This document shows positions 46,154 through 55,387 of a stretch of 64,000 bases of DNA, piece after piece. The stretch comes from Phycisphaerales bacterium (GTDB lineage: Bacteria; Planctomycetota; Phycisphaerae; UBA1845; PWPN01). Made by a program: the position numbers and the translations under genes. The stretch is taken from assembly GCA_012729595.1 (NCBI GenBank), contig JAAYCU010000282.1:3591-67590 (forward strand). The letters run 5' to 3'. Under the pieces are notes generated by a model, which saw only the letters and a program-made list of their open reading frames with translations, had not been told where the DNA came from and did not search any database. Numbering within the stretch: position 1 is the stretch's first letter; every line of letters starts with the position of its first letter.

Positions 46154-48238
46154 TCATACCATAGAAAGGATTGCATTCGATATATTCTTAGGAGCCAAGG
46201 CGTAATGCGAAGGCTCGATCGAACAGCTACCCCGCCCTTGAGTCAGGCTTCGCAGTTCCGTGGCATAACCAAACATTTCCCTCAGGGGCACTTCCACATC
46301 CAAAATTCGTCGATCACCCCTTAGATTCGAGTCCTTTACCACGCCGCGCCGCCTGGTCAAATCCCCGCTAACCGTACCGAAACAGGACTCAGGAATTACA
46401 ATCTGGGCCCGCATAACTGGTTCCAGCAAGGCCGCCCCAGCGGCTACCGCCGCTTGGTCGAACGCGCGCCGAGCCGCCGCCTCAAAAGACAGCTCCGAAC
46501 TTTCGCCGTCCCGCTGCTCGGCATCCAGCAAAGTGATGCGCACGTTGATCATACGATATCCGTGCTGTCCGGTGCCCGCGGCCTCGCGAACGGCGGTCTC
46601 TACGGCGCCTACGTACTCCGACCGAATTCGATCAGGAGGGAGCTGATTAACGAACTCGACATGCTCTGCGCCGGCGGTCGGCTGGAACGGCTCAACCCGC
46701 AAACGCACTTTCGCATACATCGACTTATCGCCAAGTTGCCGTCGAAATTCATCAGCTACTTCCGCCGCGGCACAGACCGTCTCGCGGTAGCTGACCTGTG
46801 GCGGATAAACCCGCACGTCCACGTTGTAATCGCGACGCATGCGATTCAAAAGAACTTCCAGATGCAGCTCGCCCATTCCGGAAATGATCATCTGCCCGCT
46901 CTCTTGGTTCAGGTTGAACTCGAAGGTCGGGTTCTCGCGCATCAGCATGGACAGGGCCCCGATCATTTTTTCGCGGTCCGCCGAGGACATCGGCTCTACT
47001 CGCATGCTGATCACGGTCTCGGGGAACTCGATCTTCTCGAGCAGCACGGGACTCCGGACCTCGCACAAGGTGTCGCCGGTCTGGGATTCCTTGAGGCCCA
47101 TGACGGCCACGATATCTCCGGCCTCGGCCTGCTCGATCGCCTCGCGTTTCTTGGCAAAAACGCGGAACATGCGGCTGATGTTTTCCTTGCGTTCCCGTCC
47201 GGGGTTGAATACCCGCGAGCCGCTTTTTAGCGTACCTTGGTAAACCCGCACAAAATACACGTCCATCGGCTTCTCGAACACGATTTTGAATACGTAAGCT
47301 ACCAATGGCTTGGCCGGATCACATAGAATTTCGATATCCTGGCCACTTTTACCCTTTCCGGATACCGGAGTTCGCCCGGTTATCGGCGGCATGTCCAGCG
47401 GACTGGGCAAATAATCGACCACCGCATCCAGCAGCCGTCGCACCCCGACATTCTTCAGGGACGATCCGCAAAACACGGGCTGGAGCTTGTCGGCCACTGT
47501 CGCCGCCCGCAAGCCCGCCCGCAGTTCCTCGCTATCCAGTGGCTCATCGTTGATGAATTTCTCCATCAGCCGGTCGCAGGTTTCGGCCACCCGCTCCTCG
47601 AGGGCATGCCGGGCCCGGCGGGCCACCTGCTCGAGTTCCGCCGGGATGGTCCGCTCCTCGAATCGACAACCGACCTTGTCGGGGAAGTAATACACGGCCT
47701 TCATCGCTACCAAGTCGATCAGGCCCTCGAAATAGCCCTCGGCCCCGATGGGAATCTGGACCGCCACCGGGTTGGCCCCCAGCCGATCGCGAATAGAAGC
47801 GAAAGACGCGGCGAAATCCGCTCCGACCTTGTCCATCTTGTTGATGAAGCAAATCTTGGGGACGTGATATTTACCGGCTTGCCGCCAGACCGTCTCCGAC
47901 TGGGCCTCGACCCCCTCCTTGGCATCAAAGACCACGATCGCCCCGTCCAGCACACGCAGCGACCGCTCGACCTCGGCGGTGAAATCCACGTGTCCCGGCG
48001 TATCAATGAGGTTAAGGGTATGGTCCCGCCACGGACAGCTCACCGCCGCCGAATAGATGGTGATCCCCCGCTGCTGCTCTTCCTGATCAAAGTCGGTGAT
48101 CGTCGTTCCGTCGTCGACCTCGCCGATACGATGCGTCTTGCCCGTGTAATACAGGAAGCGCTCGGTGGTCGTCGTCTTGCCCGCGTCGATGTGGGCGGCG
48201 ATCCCGATATTGCGAACTTTTGTTAGATCCAAAGACAC
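46154..48238 (-). CDS. fusA: Elongation factor G
   Basis: G-domain motifs AHIDAGKTT, DTPGHVDF, NKMD. Domains II-V conserved through ...RGSCSIEPSHYALAP. 694 aa. Confidence 0.93.
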   Translation of the reverse strand: MSLDLTKVRNIGIAAHIDAGKTTTTERFLYYTGKTHRIGEVDDGTTITDFDQEEQQRGITIYSAAVSCPWRDHTLNLIDTPGHVDFTAEVERSLRVLDGAIVVFDAKEGVEAQSETVWRQAGKYHVPKICFINKMDKVGADFAASFASIRDRLGANPVAVQIPIGAEGYFEGLIDLVAMKAVYYFPDKVGCRFEERTIPAELEQVARRARHALEERVAETCDRLMEKFINDEPLDSEELRAGLRAATVADKLQPVFCGSSLKNVGVRRLLDAVVDYLPSPLDMPPITGRTPVSGKGKSGQDIEILCDPAKPLVAYVFKIVFEKPMDVYFVRVYQGTLKSGSRVFNPGRERKENISRMFRVFAKKREAIEQAEAGDIVAVMGLKESQTGDTLCEVRSPVLLEKIEFPETVISMRVEPMSSADREKMIGALSMLMRENPTFEFNLNQESGQMIISGMGELHLEVLLNRMRRDYNVDVRVYPPQVSYRETVCAAAEVADEFRRQLGDKSMYAKVRLRVEPFQPTAGAEHVEFVNQLPPDRIRSEYVGAVETAVREAAGTGQHGYRMINVRITLLDAEQRDGESSELSFEAAARRAFDQAAVAAGAALLEPVMRAQIVIPESCFGTVSGDLTRRRGVVKDSNLRGDRRILDVEVPLREMFGYATELRSLTQGRGSCSIEPSHYALAPKNISNAILSMV

Positions 48239-48331
48239 CTGGAAACTCCATCAAATACTAAGACTCGCAAGGATAGCAAATAACCGGCCGCGAAACCAGT
48301 ACGGCACAAGAATCCCTCAACGGATTAACAG

Positions 48332-48354
48332 GCGGGGCGGCCGGCCTGCCCCGC
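48332..48354 (-). terminator. GC-rich hairpin after the LTA-synthase-like gene (no clear U-tract)
   Basis: GCGGGGC...GCCCCGC 7-bp stem around a palindromic GGCCGGCC loop, 25 nt downstream of the stop at 48379. Terminator function is uncertain. Confidence 0.3.
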
Positions 48355-48378
48355 ACCAATAGAAGACCATAATTCGAA

Positions 48379-50286
48379 TTACAGGGCGTCCTCGATCTCT
48401 CTCGAGGATTCAGGCGGGTACTCCGGCAGTGGAGGCGACTCGGGAGCAACCCTTTCCAGAAGGGCATGCTGCCGACCGCAGAGCAGATCGTACAGTAGCA
48501 GGCGGCAATCCATCAAGAGCGAATCGTCCTCCGGGAGCCCAACGTGAAGCAGTCCTTCCGATACGTGAAAATTGCTGGTCAGCACGGGAAAGCGGTCCTG
48601 AATTTCGCGTAAAAACCAGATCAGCGGAATGGAATCGCCGAGCCCCAGGCGATCCAGGATCAAGGGCATGAGGTACATCATGGATAACTCGCCCAAATCG
48701 GCCGGTTCCTGCCCATCATTCGTCCAGATCAAGGCGGGCACGGTGTGCAGGCGCACCATATCCTCGACGGAAAGACCCCCTTCCTCGCGGACCAGCCCGC
48801 CCTGACGGTAAAGGTCATAGTCTGGGCCGAGGTACGGCAAATGATCGCCCAGGTATACGATCATCGTGGGTTTTTCGCTGGCGGAGAAATGCTCCACGAG
48901 GCGGCCAAGAGCGGCGTCGGCATCCTGCAGCCCCTTGGCCATATTGGCGATGGTCGCGTGAGCGGCGTCGGGCAGGTCGCTCTCGATGGCCATATCGTGG
49001 GCCCCGTCCGCATAGGAACGATGCTCATAAGGCCCGTGATTCTGCATGGACAATGCGAAGATGAAGTACGGCTCCGTCTGCTCTGAGGCAAGGCTGATGA
49101 TTTTCTCAGCCAGGCTGGCATCACCCACGTAATCGCCGCTTGTGCTCCATCCATCCCAGTCCTCCAGGGCGATAAACCGGTCAAACCCGAGATGCTCGTA
49201 GGCCAGATGGCGGTTCCAGTACCAACGATGGAAAGGATGCACCGCAAGGGTGGAGTACCCTTGATCCTTAAGAATGCCGACCAGCGATATACAAGGACGT
49301 TGTATGTACTGTTGGTAAGGAATCCCACCGCTGGGCAGCAGGGCTACCGGCAAACCGGTCAGCAGTTCGAATTCTGCGTTGCAGGTCCAGCCGCCGAAAA
49401 CCGGCGAGATCACCCGTAGACTGGTGTAGGCTTGGCTCAACCGACGGTAGTTAGCCAGAGGGTCCGGGTGGAACCGGACGGCCGACATGGCGGTGGCGTC
49501 CCAGAAGGATTCGTTCAGGAAAACGATCAAATTGCTCGCCCTTGTATCGGATGGGTGGCGGCTCTCGTTTTCTGAATACAACCGGGTGGTTAAGGCGGTC
49601 ATGGCCTCGGGAGAATACCCCTCCGGAATCGGCACTCCAGGGGCCTGCATGTTAATGGTAAAAGCCAACAAGAGCCCATTGGTCTGATAGTTTTGCCGTT
49701 GATCCCAGGTGTAGTTAGTAACCATCGCCCCCATGACCCGCCGCAAGGGCCAGTTGCGATATACCCCAATCCCAAACAATACAGCCGATAAAACTATCGA
49801 CCAAGCCAGACGGCGCCGCCAAGGAATCCGTCGATCCGGCAGGACCACAACAGGCAGGGCAACCACCGCAATCAGCACAACAAACAGCGCCACCTGGAGC
49901 GGGGGAAAGGGGAAGTATCCTCTGCCGAAAACATTGAGGGCCTCACGGGCCAACCGCAGATCCCACGGGAACAAAGCATTCCCAAAAACCTGCATCTTGC
50001 CCCCATTCACGGCCGTCAGCAGGGCCAACAATACCAGCGCAACCACCCCCCCCCGCCGCGTGCTCCCCAATAATACGGCCAGAAATGCTACCAGCAGACC
50101 AGCCAGCATTAAATTCAACACCGCCGGTACCGGACACCGAATCGCCCATAACACAGGTTCAAGAATGTCTTGGCGTGAGACGGCCTCGACCATCCAGACC
50201 AATCCCAAAAACGTCAGGGGCAGGGCATACTTTCTCAACCATGCTTTTCGAACAGGCTGGGGAAGTGGACCGCCCACCGCGCGCAT
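48379..50286 (-). CDS. LTA synthase family / sulfatase-like phosphoglycerol transferase (membrane-anchored)
   Basis: Five or so N-terminal TM segments, then a sulfatase-fold domain (LIVFLNESFWDAT, ...MQNHGPY, YLGDHLP). Confidence 0.75.
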   Translation of the reverse strand: MRAVGGPLPQPVRKAWLRKYALPLTFLGLVWMVEAVSRQDILEPVLWAIRCPVPAVLNLMLAGLLVAFLAVLLGSTRRGGVVALVLLALLTAVNGGKMQVFGNALFPWDLRLAREALNVFGRGYFPFPPLQVALFVVLIAVVALPVVVLPDRRIPWRRRLAWSIVLSAVLFGIGVYRNWPLRRVMGAMVTNYTWDQRQNYQTNGLLLAFTINMQAPGVPIPEGYSPEAMTALTTRLYSENESRHPSDTRASNLIVFLNESFWDATAMSAVRFHPDPLANYRRLSQAYTSLRVISPVFGGWTCNAEFELLTGLPVALLPSGGIPYQQYIQRPCISLVGILKDQGYSTLAVHPFHRWYWNRHLAYEHLGFDRFIALEDWDGWSTSGDYVGDASLAEKIISLASEQTEPYFIFALSMQNHGPYEHRSYADGAHDMAIESDLPDAAHATIANMAKGLQDADAALGRLVEHFSASEKPTMIVYLGDHLPYLGPDYDLYRQGGLVREEGGLSVEDMVRLHTVPALIWTNDGQEPADLGELSMMYLMPLILDRLGLGDSIPLIWFLREIQDRFPVLTSNFHVSEGLLHVGLPEDDSLLMDCRLLLYDLLCGRQHALLERVAPESPPLPEYPPESSREIEDAL

Positions 50287-50439
50287 TCCATGTGATGTTG
50301 GATTGTCCGGCGAAAACTCGCCCTTATTGAGATGCTCGTCCGCGATGAGCTACCTCCTGTTCCCTTGGCCTGTCTCGTCCGCCCGGCATTTCGTGAGGTC
50401 GGGTCCAGTCAGGGGTTGATATCCTCGGTGCAATGCGGC

Positions 50440-50643
50440 TCAGGGTGATAGGCGACGGCTTGGGCACCGAGGTGCAGCCATAGCGGCCGTGGGGACGTTT
50501 AAGCACCGCAAACAATCATAGAAGTCGGGTCTGGCCGCCATCTGCCAGCTACACCAGTCGAGCCATACGTATTTTTTCGCGTCCCCATGATCCGTAACCA
50601 TTAGTCGCGGAATACCGGTCCCCCATTCATGGTCATTTTTCAT
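50440..50643 (-). CDS. Hypothetical small Cys/Trp-rich protein
   Basis: 67-aa ORF that starts 40 nt after the upstream gene on the same strand. I recognise no family, and the C-terminal third looks like non-coding read-out. Confidence 0.25.
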   Translation of the reverse strand: MKNDHEWGTGIPRLMVTDHGDAKKYVWLDWCSWQMAARPDFYDCLRCLNVPTAAMAAPRCPSRRLSP

Positions 50644-50682
50644 ACATTTGACACCCGTGGCTGGGCTGGGCAGGGGTGTCCT

Positions 50683-51696
50683 CTATCCTGATGCGTTTTC
50701 GGGTTCCAGCGACTCTTCGACGACCATGGCCCGAGCCCCCGCCGCCGGCCGTCCCTGTAATACAGGCACAATTCCCGGTAGTGCCCAAACCAGTTGCATG
50801 ACCCGGCACATCAGGCCGAGGGAAATGGCCGCCTCCGGCGAACCCAGCGCGGCCGCCCCGGCAAGCAGTTCCTGCAAGGTGACTTCCAACACCCCGATAG
50901 GTAAGGCCCCGGTCAAAAAGGCAATCGGAATGTAACCAAGATAAACCGGAATCGCCGTCAGCGGCCGATCACCCACCAGATTCAAAGCCCAACCCATCAA
51001 AAACATGCAGAAGATGGAATTCAATTGCAAAATCGCGGTAAGAATGACACATTCCACCACGCACCGACCATGATGCCGAAAAACGAGCACCGCCCGATCC
51101 AGCCGCTGTAAATGCTGCCCGAACGGCAATCGGGATATAAGATCATCCACATGAAACCAACAACGCAACCGGTTGGAAAAATAAACTCCCCCACCGACCA
51201 CCAAAGCCAGGATCAACACCCCGATTATCCGCCCCCACTTGGCGAAGGCCGGGTTCCCCCAACTGGCCAGTAGCACCAGCCCAGCCAGCATCACCAGGCC
51301 AGCCACCCCTACCAACCGATCGAACAGCACGCACATGACCGCTTCATGCTTGTGCGGCGTTTCGCGGGCCACCAAGTATGCTTTTACCGAATCACCGCCG
51401 GTCGTTCCCAGCGGAAAGGCGTTGGCGACAAAGTTCCCCGCGAATGTAACCATGATCGCCCGCCAGACGCTAACGTGTATATCATGTACGGCCAGCACCC
51501 GCCGCAGGCGAATTGAGATCAGAACCACCGAGGGCCAGAAACAGAACACGCCGAGCACCAGCAGACCCTTATCCGCCTCCAGCCACACCCGCTTCATCTC
51601 CGCCCAGTCGGTCTGCTGCGCAAGCCAAGTAATAGCGGCCGCGCAAACCGCATAGCGGAGCAATCGCGATATCCAGCGTCGGCCAGCTTGCATCAT
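50683..51696 (-). CDS. Flippase-like / lysylphosphatidylglycerol synthase TM-region family membrane protein
   Basis: ~8 TM segments. GNFVANAFPLGTTGGDSVKAY is typical of the UPF0104/LPG_synthase_TM family. Confidence 0.6.
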   Translation of the reverse strand: MMQAGRRWISRLLRYAVCAAAITWLAQQTDWAEMKRVWLEADKGLLVLGVFCFWPSVVLISIRLRRVLAVHDIHVSVWRAIMVTFAGNFVANAFPLGTTGGDSVKAYLVARETPHKHEAVMCVLFDRLVGVAGLVMLAGLVLLASWGNPAFAKWGRIIGVLILALVVGGGVYFSNRLRCWFHVDDLISRLPFGQHLQRLDRAVLVFRHHGRCVVECVILTAILQLNSIFCMFLMGWALNLVGDRPLTAIPVYLGYIPIAFLTGALPIGVLEVTLQELLAGAAALGSPEAAISLGLMCRVMQLVWALPGIVPVLQGRPAAGARAMVVEESLEPENASG

Positions 51697-51772
51697 TCCA
51701 CCTTGCGCTCCGTTTCATTCATTGGCGGGATTGTATCATACCTTCACACATGAGAAAGCGTTGGATCCTGCC

Positions 51773-53146
51773 CTATTCATAAGCCCGTATCAAACTAGTA
51801 GTCGGATAATAATGCCTAATAATACGGCCGGCGCTGGCTCCGGCCCGGGCCAGGCCGTCCGCCCCGTATTGACATAGCCCCATCCCATGACCAAAGCCAC
51901 GCCCGTTGGCCAAGGTGATGCTCGTAACATCGATGAGCGGTTCAAACCACGAACTCTTGATCAACATTCCAGCAGGGTTGAGCGCCATCCGGAAATTCTC
52001 TGCGCTCAGTTCGATGGTCCGGCCCTCGCCGTCACGTAGAGCAATTCGCTTCGGCCGACCACATGGCGACGTATCTACCCCTTCCAAACTCTCGATCGGC
52101 CCGATGGTTTCAAAGCGAGGATAAACGGATCGAAGACGTTCGGTGATGGCGTCCTTGCCGATCCGAACCGGCGCCCAGCGATAATTCGCGGACTCTCGGC
52201 AATACTCGCACACTACACCACCAGCCAACGGAGGAATGGTCGGCTCATTGCCGACAGATCCACCGGCTTGCGTACAGCCCCCGCATGTCGAGCCGTAATA
52301 GGCACAAAATATCCGCTGACCACGCGGCGAAGCCCAGGTACAGACCACCCCGCGCGTTTGGAGCACCGCCTCGACCGCCTCGGGAACCAGCTCTTCTCGA
52401 TCCACCCCCAGATAGACTTGCGAACTTTGGGTAGCCCGCAAATCCCACAAGGCGGCCGGAGTCGTGGTCTGCTTCTGATACCAAGCGTAGGTGCGGGCGG
52501 CAATGGCCTGGGCGCGAAATGCTTCCGGATGAAAACCGCGATGCAATTCCGAGGCGACTACGCTGGACAGATAGGTCTCGATATCCACGACATTGATCAG
52601 CCGACCATGTCCATCGTCCCCACTCAATAAGGTCATCTGCCCACGATAACGTCGCCAGGATCCGTCCGACCAGCGTACCCCGATCCCGCCGGGCCAATCC
52701 GCACGCAAATGTAGGACAGCGTTTGGCGGCACTCGATCCAGTTGCGGAATTCGAACCTGCCGTGACTCATAAACGGCGACTAACTCAACCGGATCACTGC
52801 CCGCCTCGATCAATAGGCTATCGGAATCCCAGACCACCTCGTACGGCCCAGTGATCCGAAAATGAACATCCGCCAACCGCTCCATAAGCAATACACGGAT
52901 ATTGAAATCCAATGGGCGACCGCCCTGGGCTGACCGCTGGTCGGCAGCCTTACGAGAGGAACTAGCCGTGGCGTGACAAATGGTCAGCCCTGACCCCATA
53001 AGCCTCAGGGCAAGCAAAGACCAGCCGACCAAGACCGTCAGGAGGGTTGCCATCCTGGCCCACATCAAAGGCCGGTAATTGCTAAGTCCGGCCGACGGAT
53101 TCGATTCGGGAGGACTATACTTGAAACCCAGATGAAGCCGGAGCAT
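51773..53146 (-). CDS. SpoIID/LytB domain-containing protein
   Basis: EAFRAQAIAARTYA, CTQ..., and GRGFGHGMGLCQYGA are SpoIID/LytB signatures. N-terminal membrane anchor. Confidence 0.8.
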   Translation of the reverse strand: MLRLHLGFKYSPPESNPSAGLSNYRPLMWARMATLLTVLVGWSLLALRLMGSGLTICHATASSSRKAADQRSAQGGRPLDFNIRVLLMERLADVHFRITGPYEVVWDSDSLLIEAGSDPVELVAVYESRQVRIPQLDRVPPNAVLHLRADWPGGIGVRWSDGSWRRYRGQMTLLSGDDGHGRLINVVDIETYLSSVVASELHRGFHPEAFRAQAIAARTYAWYQKQTTTPAALWDLRATQSSQVYLGVDREELVPEAVEAVLQTRGVVCTWASPRGQRIFCAYYGSTCGGCTQAGGSVGNEPTIPPLAGGVVCEYCRESANYRWAPVRIGKDAITERLRSVYPRFETIGPIESLEGVDTSPCGRPKRIALRDGEGRTIELSAENFRMALNPAGMLIKSSWFEPLIDVTSITLANGRGFGHGMGLCQYGADGLARAGASAGRIIRHYYPTTSLIRAYE

Positions 53147-53179
53147 GACTGCTGTATTTTCCCGTTTTAAGGATACACG

Positions 53180-54142
53180 CTAATGCGGCTTGCGCAAGGA
53201 CAAGTTAAATTCCGCCAGCTTCTGTTTGATTTCATTAAGCGAAGTTTGTCCAAAATTTTTGACCGACAGCAGTTCGGCTTCCGATTTCTGCACCAGATCG
53301 GACACCGACATCAGATTCAAACGCTGCAGGCATTTTCGTGAGCGTCCGGAAAGCTCGATTTCGGAAAGACCCCGCCCCAGAATCGAGGATGAACTATCCA
53401 CATCTCCGTGCATAGCGGGCATGGGTGAGTGCGACTCCACCGGGGTCTCGTCCTTAAATAGACCGAGACGAAGTCCCTTATGCTTGAGCATCGCCTTGAT
53501 CTCGGACAGTGAGGTTTCGCCGAAGTTCTTGTAGGCCAGTAACTCCGCCTCGGTAATTCGCAACAGATCGCCGAGCGAATTGATGTTCATCTTTTTCAGG
53601 CAGTTTCGACTACGTACACTCAGCTCGAAATCGGCGACCGGGGTATCCATGATCGCATCGCGTTTGACACGGGTACGTTCCTGAAATTCATCATACTGCA
53701 TGTTCATCGAGCTCTCGATATCCTTACGGAAGAGCCGGGCACGAGCATGATTCGGAAAATCCGTCAGAACCCGATCAATGCAACGCATGGCAGCGATATG
53801 GTTTCCCTTATCCTCATAGATCACCGCCAGATTGATCAGCGCGTTAACATGAGTGGGCGAGTGGGCCGCCAGGGATTCGTAGATGGGCACCGCCCGATCC
53901 TCGCACCCGTAGAGATCAAGATTGAACGCCAAACGAAACGCCGCTTCCAGATGGGTTCCGTCCATCTCGATCGCAGCTTCATAAGCCGCGATGGCTTCCT
54001 CTATATCACCCTTGGCTTCGCACAACCGACCCCGGGCATAATGCCACGAAGCCTGACTAGCCCCCTGGTTTTGCATCTGGTTCACGTGACTTTCGGCATC
54101 CTCGATCCTGCCTTCACGAATAAGTGTAAGCAGCTTTTCCAT
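53180..54142 (-). CDS. TPR-repeat protein with two RNA polymerase alpha C-terminal-domain-like (HhH) repeats
   Basis: N-terminal TPR-like repeats (AIAAYEAAIEMDGTH..., LINLAVIYEDKGNH...). Then FELSVRSRNCLKKMNINSLGDLL...FGETSLSEIKAML and IELSGRSRKCLQRLNLMSVSDLV...FGQTSLNEIKQKL, which parallel the RpoA CTD encoded at 29887..30993. Confidence 0.8.
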   Translation of the reverse strand: MEKLLTLIREGRIEDAESHVNQMQNQGASQASWHYARGRLCEAKGDIEEAIAAYEAAIEMDGTHLEAAFRLAFNLDLYGCEDRAVPIYESLAAHSPTHVNALINLAVIYEDKGNHIAAMRCIDRVLTDFPNHARARLFRKDIESSMNMQYDEFQERTRVKRDAIMDTPVADFELSVRSRNCLKKMNINSLGDLLRITEAELLAYKNFGETSLSEIKAMLKHKGLRLGLFKDETPVESHSPMPAMHGDVDSSSSILGRGLSEIELSGRSRKCLQRLNLMSVSDLVQKSEAELLSVKNFGQTSLNEIKQKLAEFNLSLRKPH

Positions 54143-54488
54143 AACGCTGAATCCCTATCCTAATAAAACGACACAACCCGGGTCCAAGCCTTGGCCAAGG
54201 GCACAATGCAATTAACGGCACCGTGGCAAGTTTAACGAACATTGCCACCGTTGCAAGACGCATCCCCAAATGCCCTCTCAAGGAAGGCCCACAACAGTTA
54301 CGGGAAAAATCACCAAGCTGGGTTAAATCCGGTTGTACCGAACGCCCGCCCAACGCTAAACTAGCCGCCAGTAGGGAAACGCTACGTAGCGATCCGATAA
54401 GGTCTAACGGCCTATCTTCTCTTACCGGAGCGAAGAATACCCGGTGAACCCATATACAAGGCATTAGCTTAATTGTACTTACGCGCCG

Positions 54489-55376
54489 ATGCAAGTAGTT
54501 GTCATCATTAATCCTGTCGCCGGAGCAGCCCCGCATAATGCCGCGGTGCGCCAGATGCTAGCCCGGCTCGAAAAAGCAGGTTACCGGACAATCACCCGAA
54601 TTACCCGGATCGCCGGCGATGGCCGTCTCATGGCTCGACAGGCGGCCGACTCGGCCAAGGCAGTAGTCGTTGTCGGCGGGGATGGGACGGTCGGCGAAGT
54701 GGCCGCCGGTCTGATCGGAACATCCGTGCCCCTGATCATCTGGCCCCGTGGCACGGAAAATCTGGTGGCCAAGGCCTTTGGCTTCCAAAGCACCCCGGAA
54801 TGTATTCTGACCTGCCTGCAATCCGGGACCGATAAACCCGTGGATGTCGGTACCGCCAACGGCCGCTCCTTCCTCCTGCTGGCCGGTATCGGTTTCGACG
54901 CCGAGGTCGTCCATCGTCTCAAGCAGTTGCGTAGTGGGCACATTACACACCTGAACTACGCCGGCCCGCTCTGGCGGACCTTCTGGGAACATCGCTTCCC
55001 AGCAATACGGGTAAGCAGCGAAGGCCAACCCATCTGGCAGGGACACGGCCTGGTATTCGTTGCCAATCTTCCGCAGTATGCCATCGGGCTGAATGTGGTC
55101 CGGGATGCCCGTGGCGACGACGGCCTGCTTGATTTGTGCATTCTGCCCTGCCATGGAAGAATCGGACTGATCGGCCACGCCCTGCGTACCCTGGTCCGCC
55201 GACAAATCGAACATCCGAGTGTGGTTTATCAAAGGCTCCCCTCCGTTCGCGTAGAGGCGGCCGTACCGGTGTCGGTCCAAATCGACGGTGACGAGGCCGG
55301 TACGCTACCGCTGGACATCAGCATTCAGCCGGCCTCCTTGATTGTCAGGATTCCGCCCGCGTCGGGAAAAGGTTAA
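54489..55376 (+). CDS. Diacylglycerol kinase family lipid kinase (YegS/BmrU-like)
   Basis: VVIINPVAG...VVVVGGDGTVGEV...GTENLVA catalytic-domain motifs. Confidence 0.8.
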   Translation: MQVVVIINPVAGAAPHNAAVRQMLARLEKAGYRTITRITRIAGDGRLMARQAADSAKAVVVVGGDGTVGEVAAGLIGTSVPLIIWPRGTENLVAKAFGFQSTPECILTCLQSGTDKPVDVGTANGRSFLLLAGIGFDAEVVHRLKQLRSGHITHLNYAGPLWRTFWEHRFPAIRVSSEGQPIWQGHGLVFVANLPQYAIGLNVVRDARGDDGLLDLCILPCHGRIGLIGHALRTLVRRQIEHPSVVYQRLPSVRVEAAVPVSVQIDGDEAGTLPLDISIQPASLIVRIPPASGKG

Positions 55377-55387
55377 AATTACTTTCC

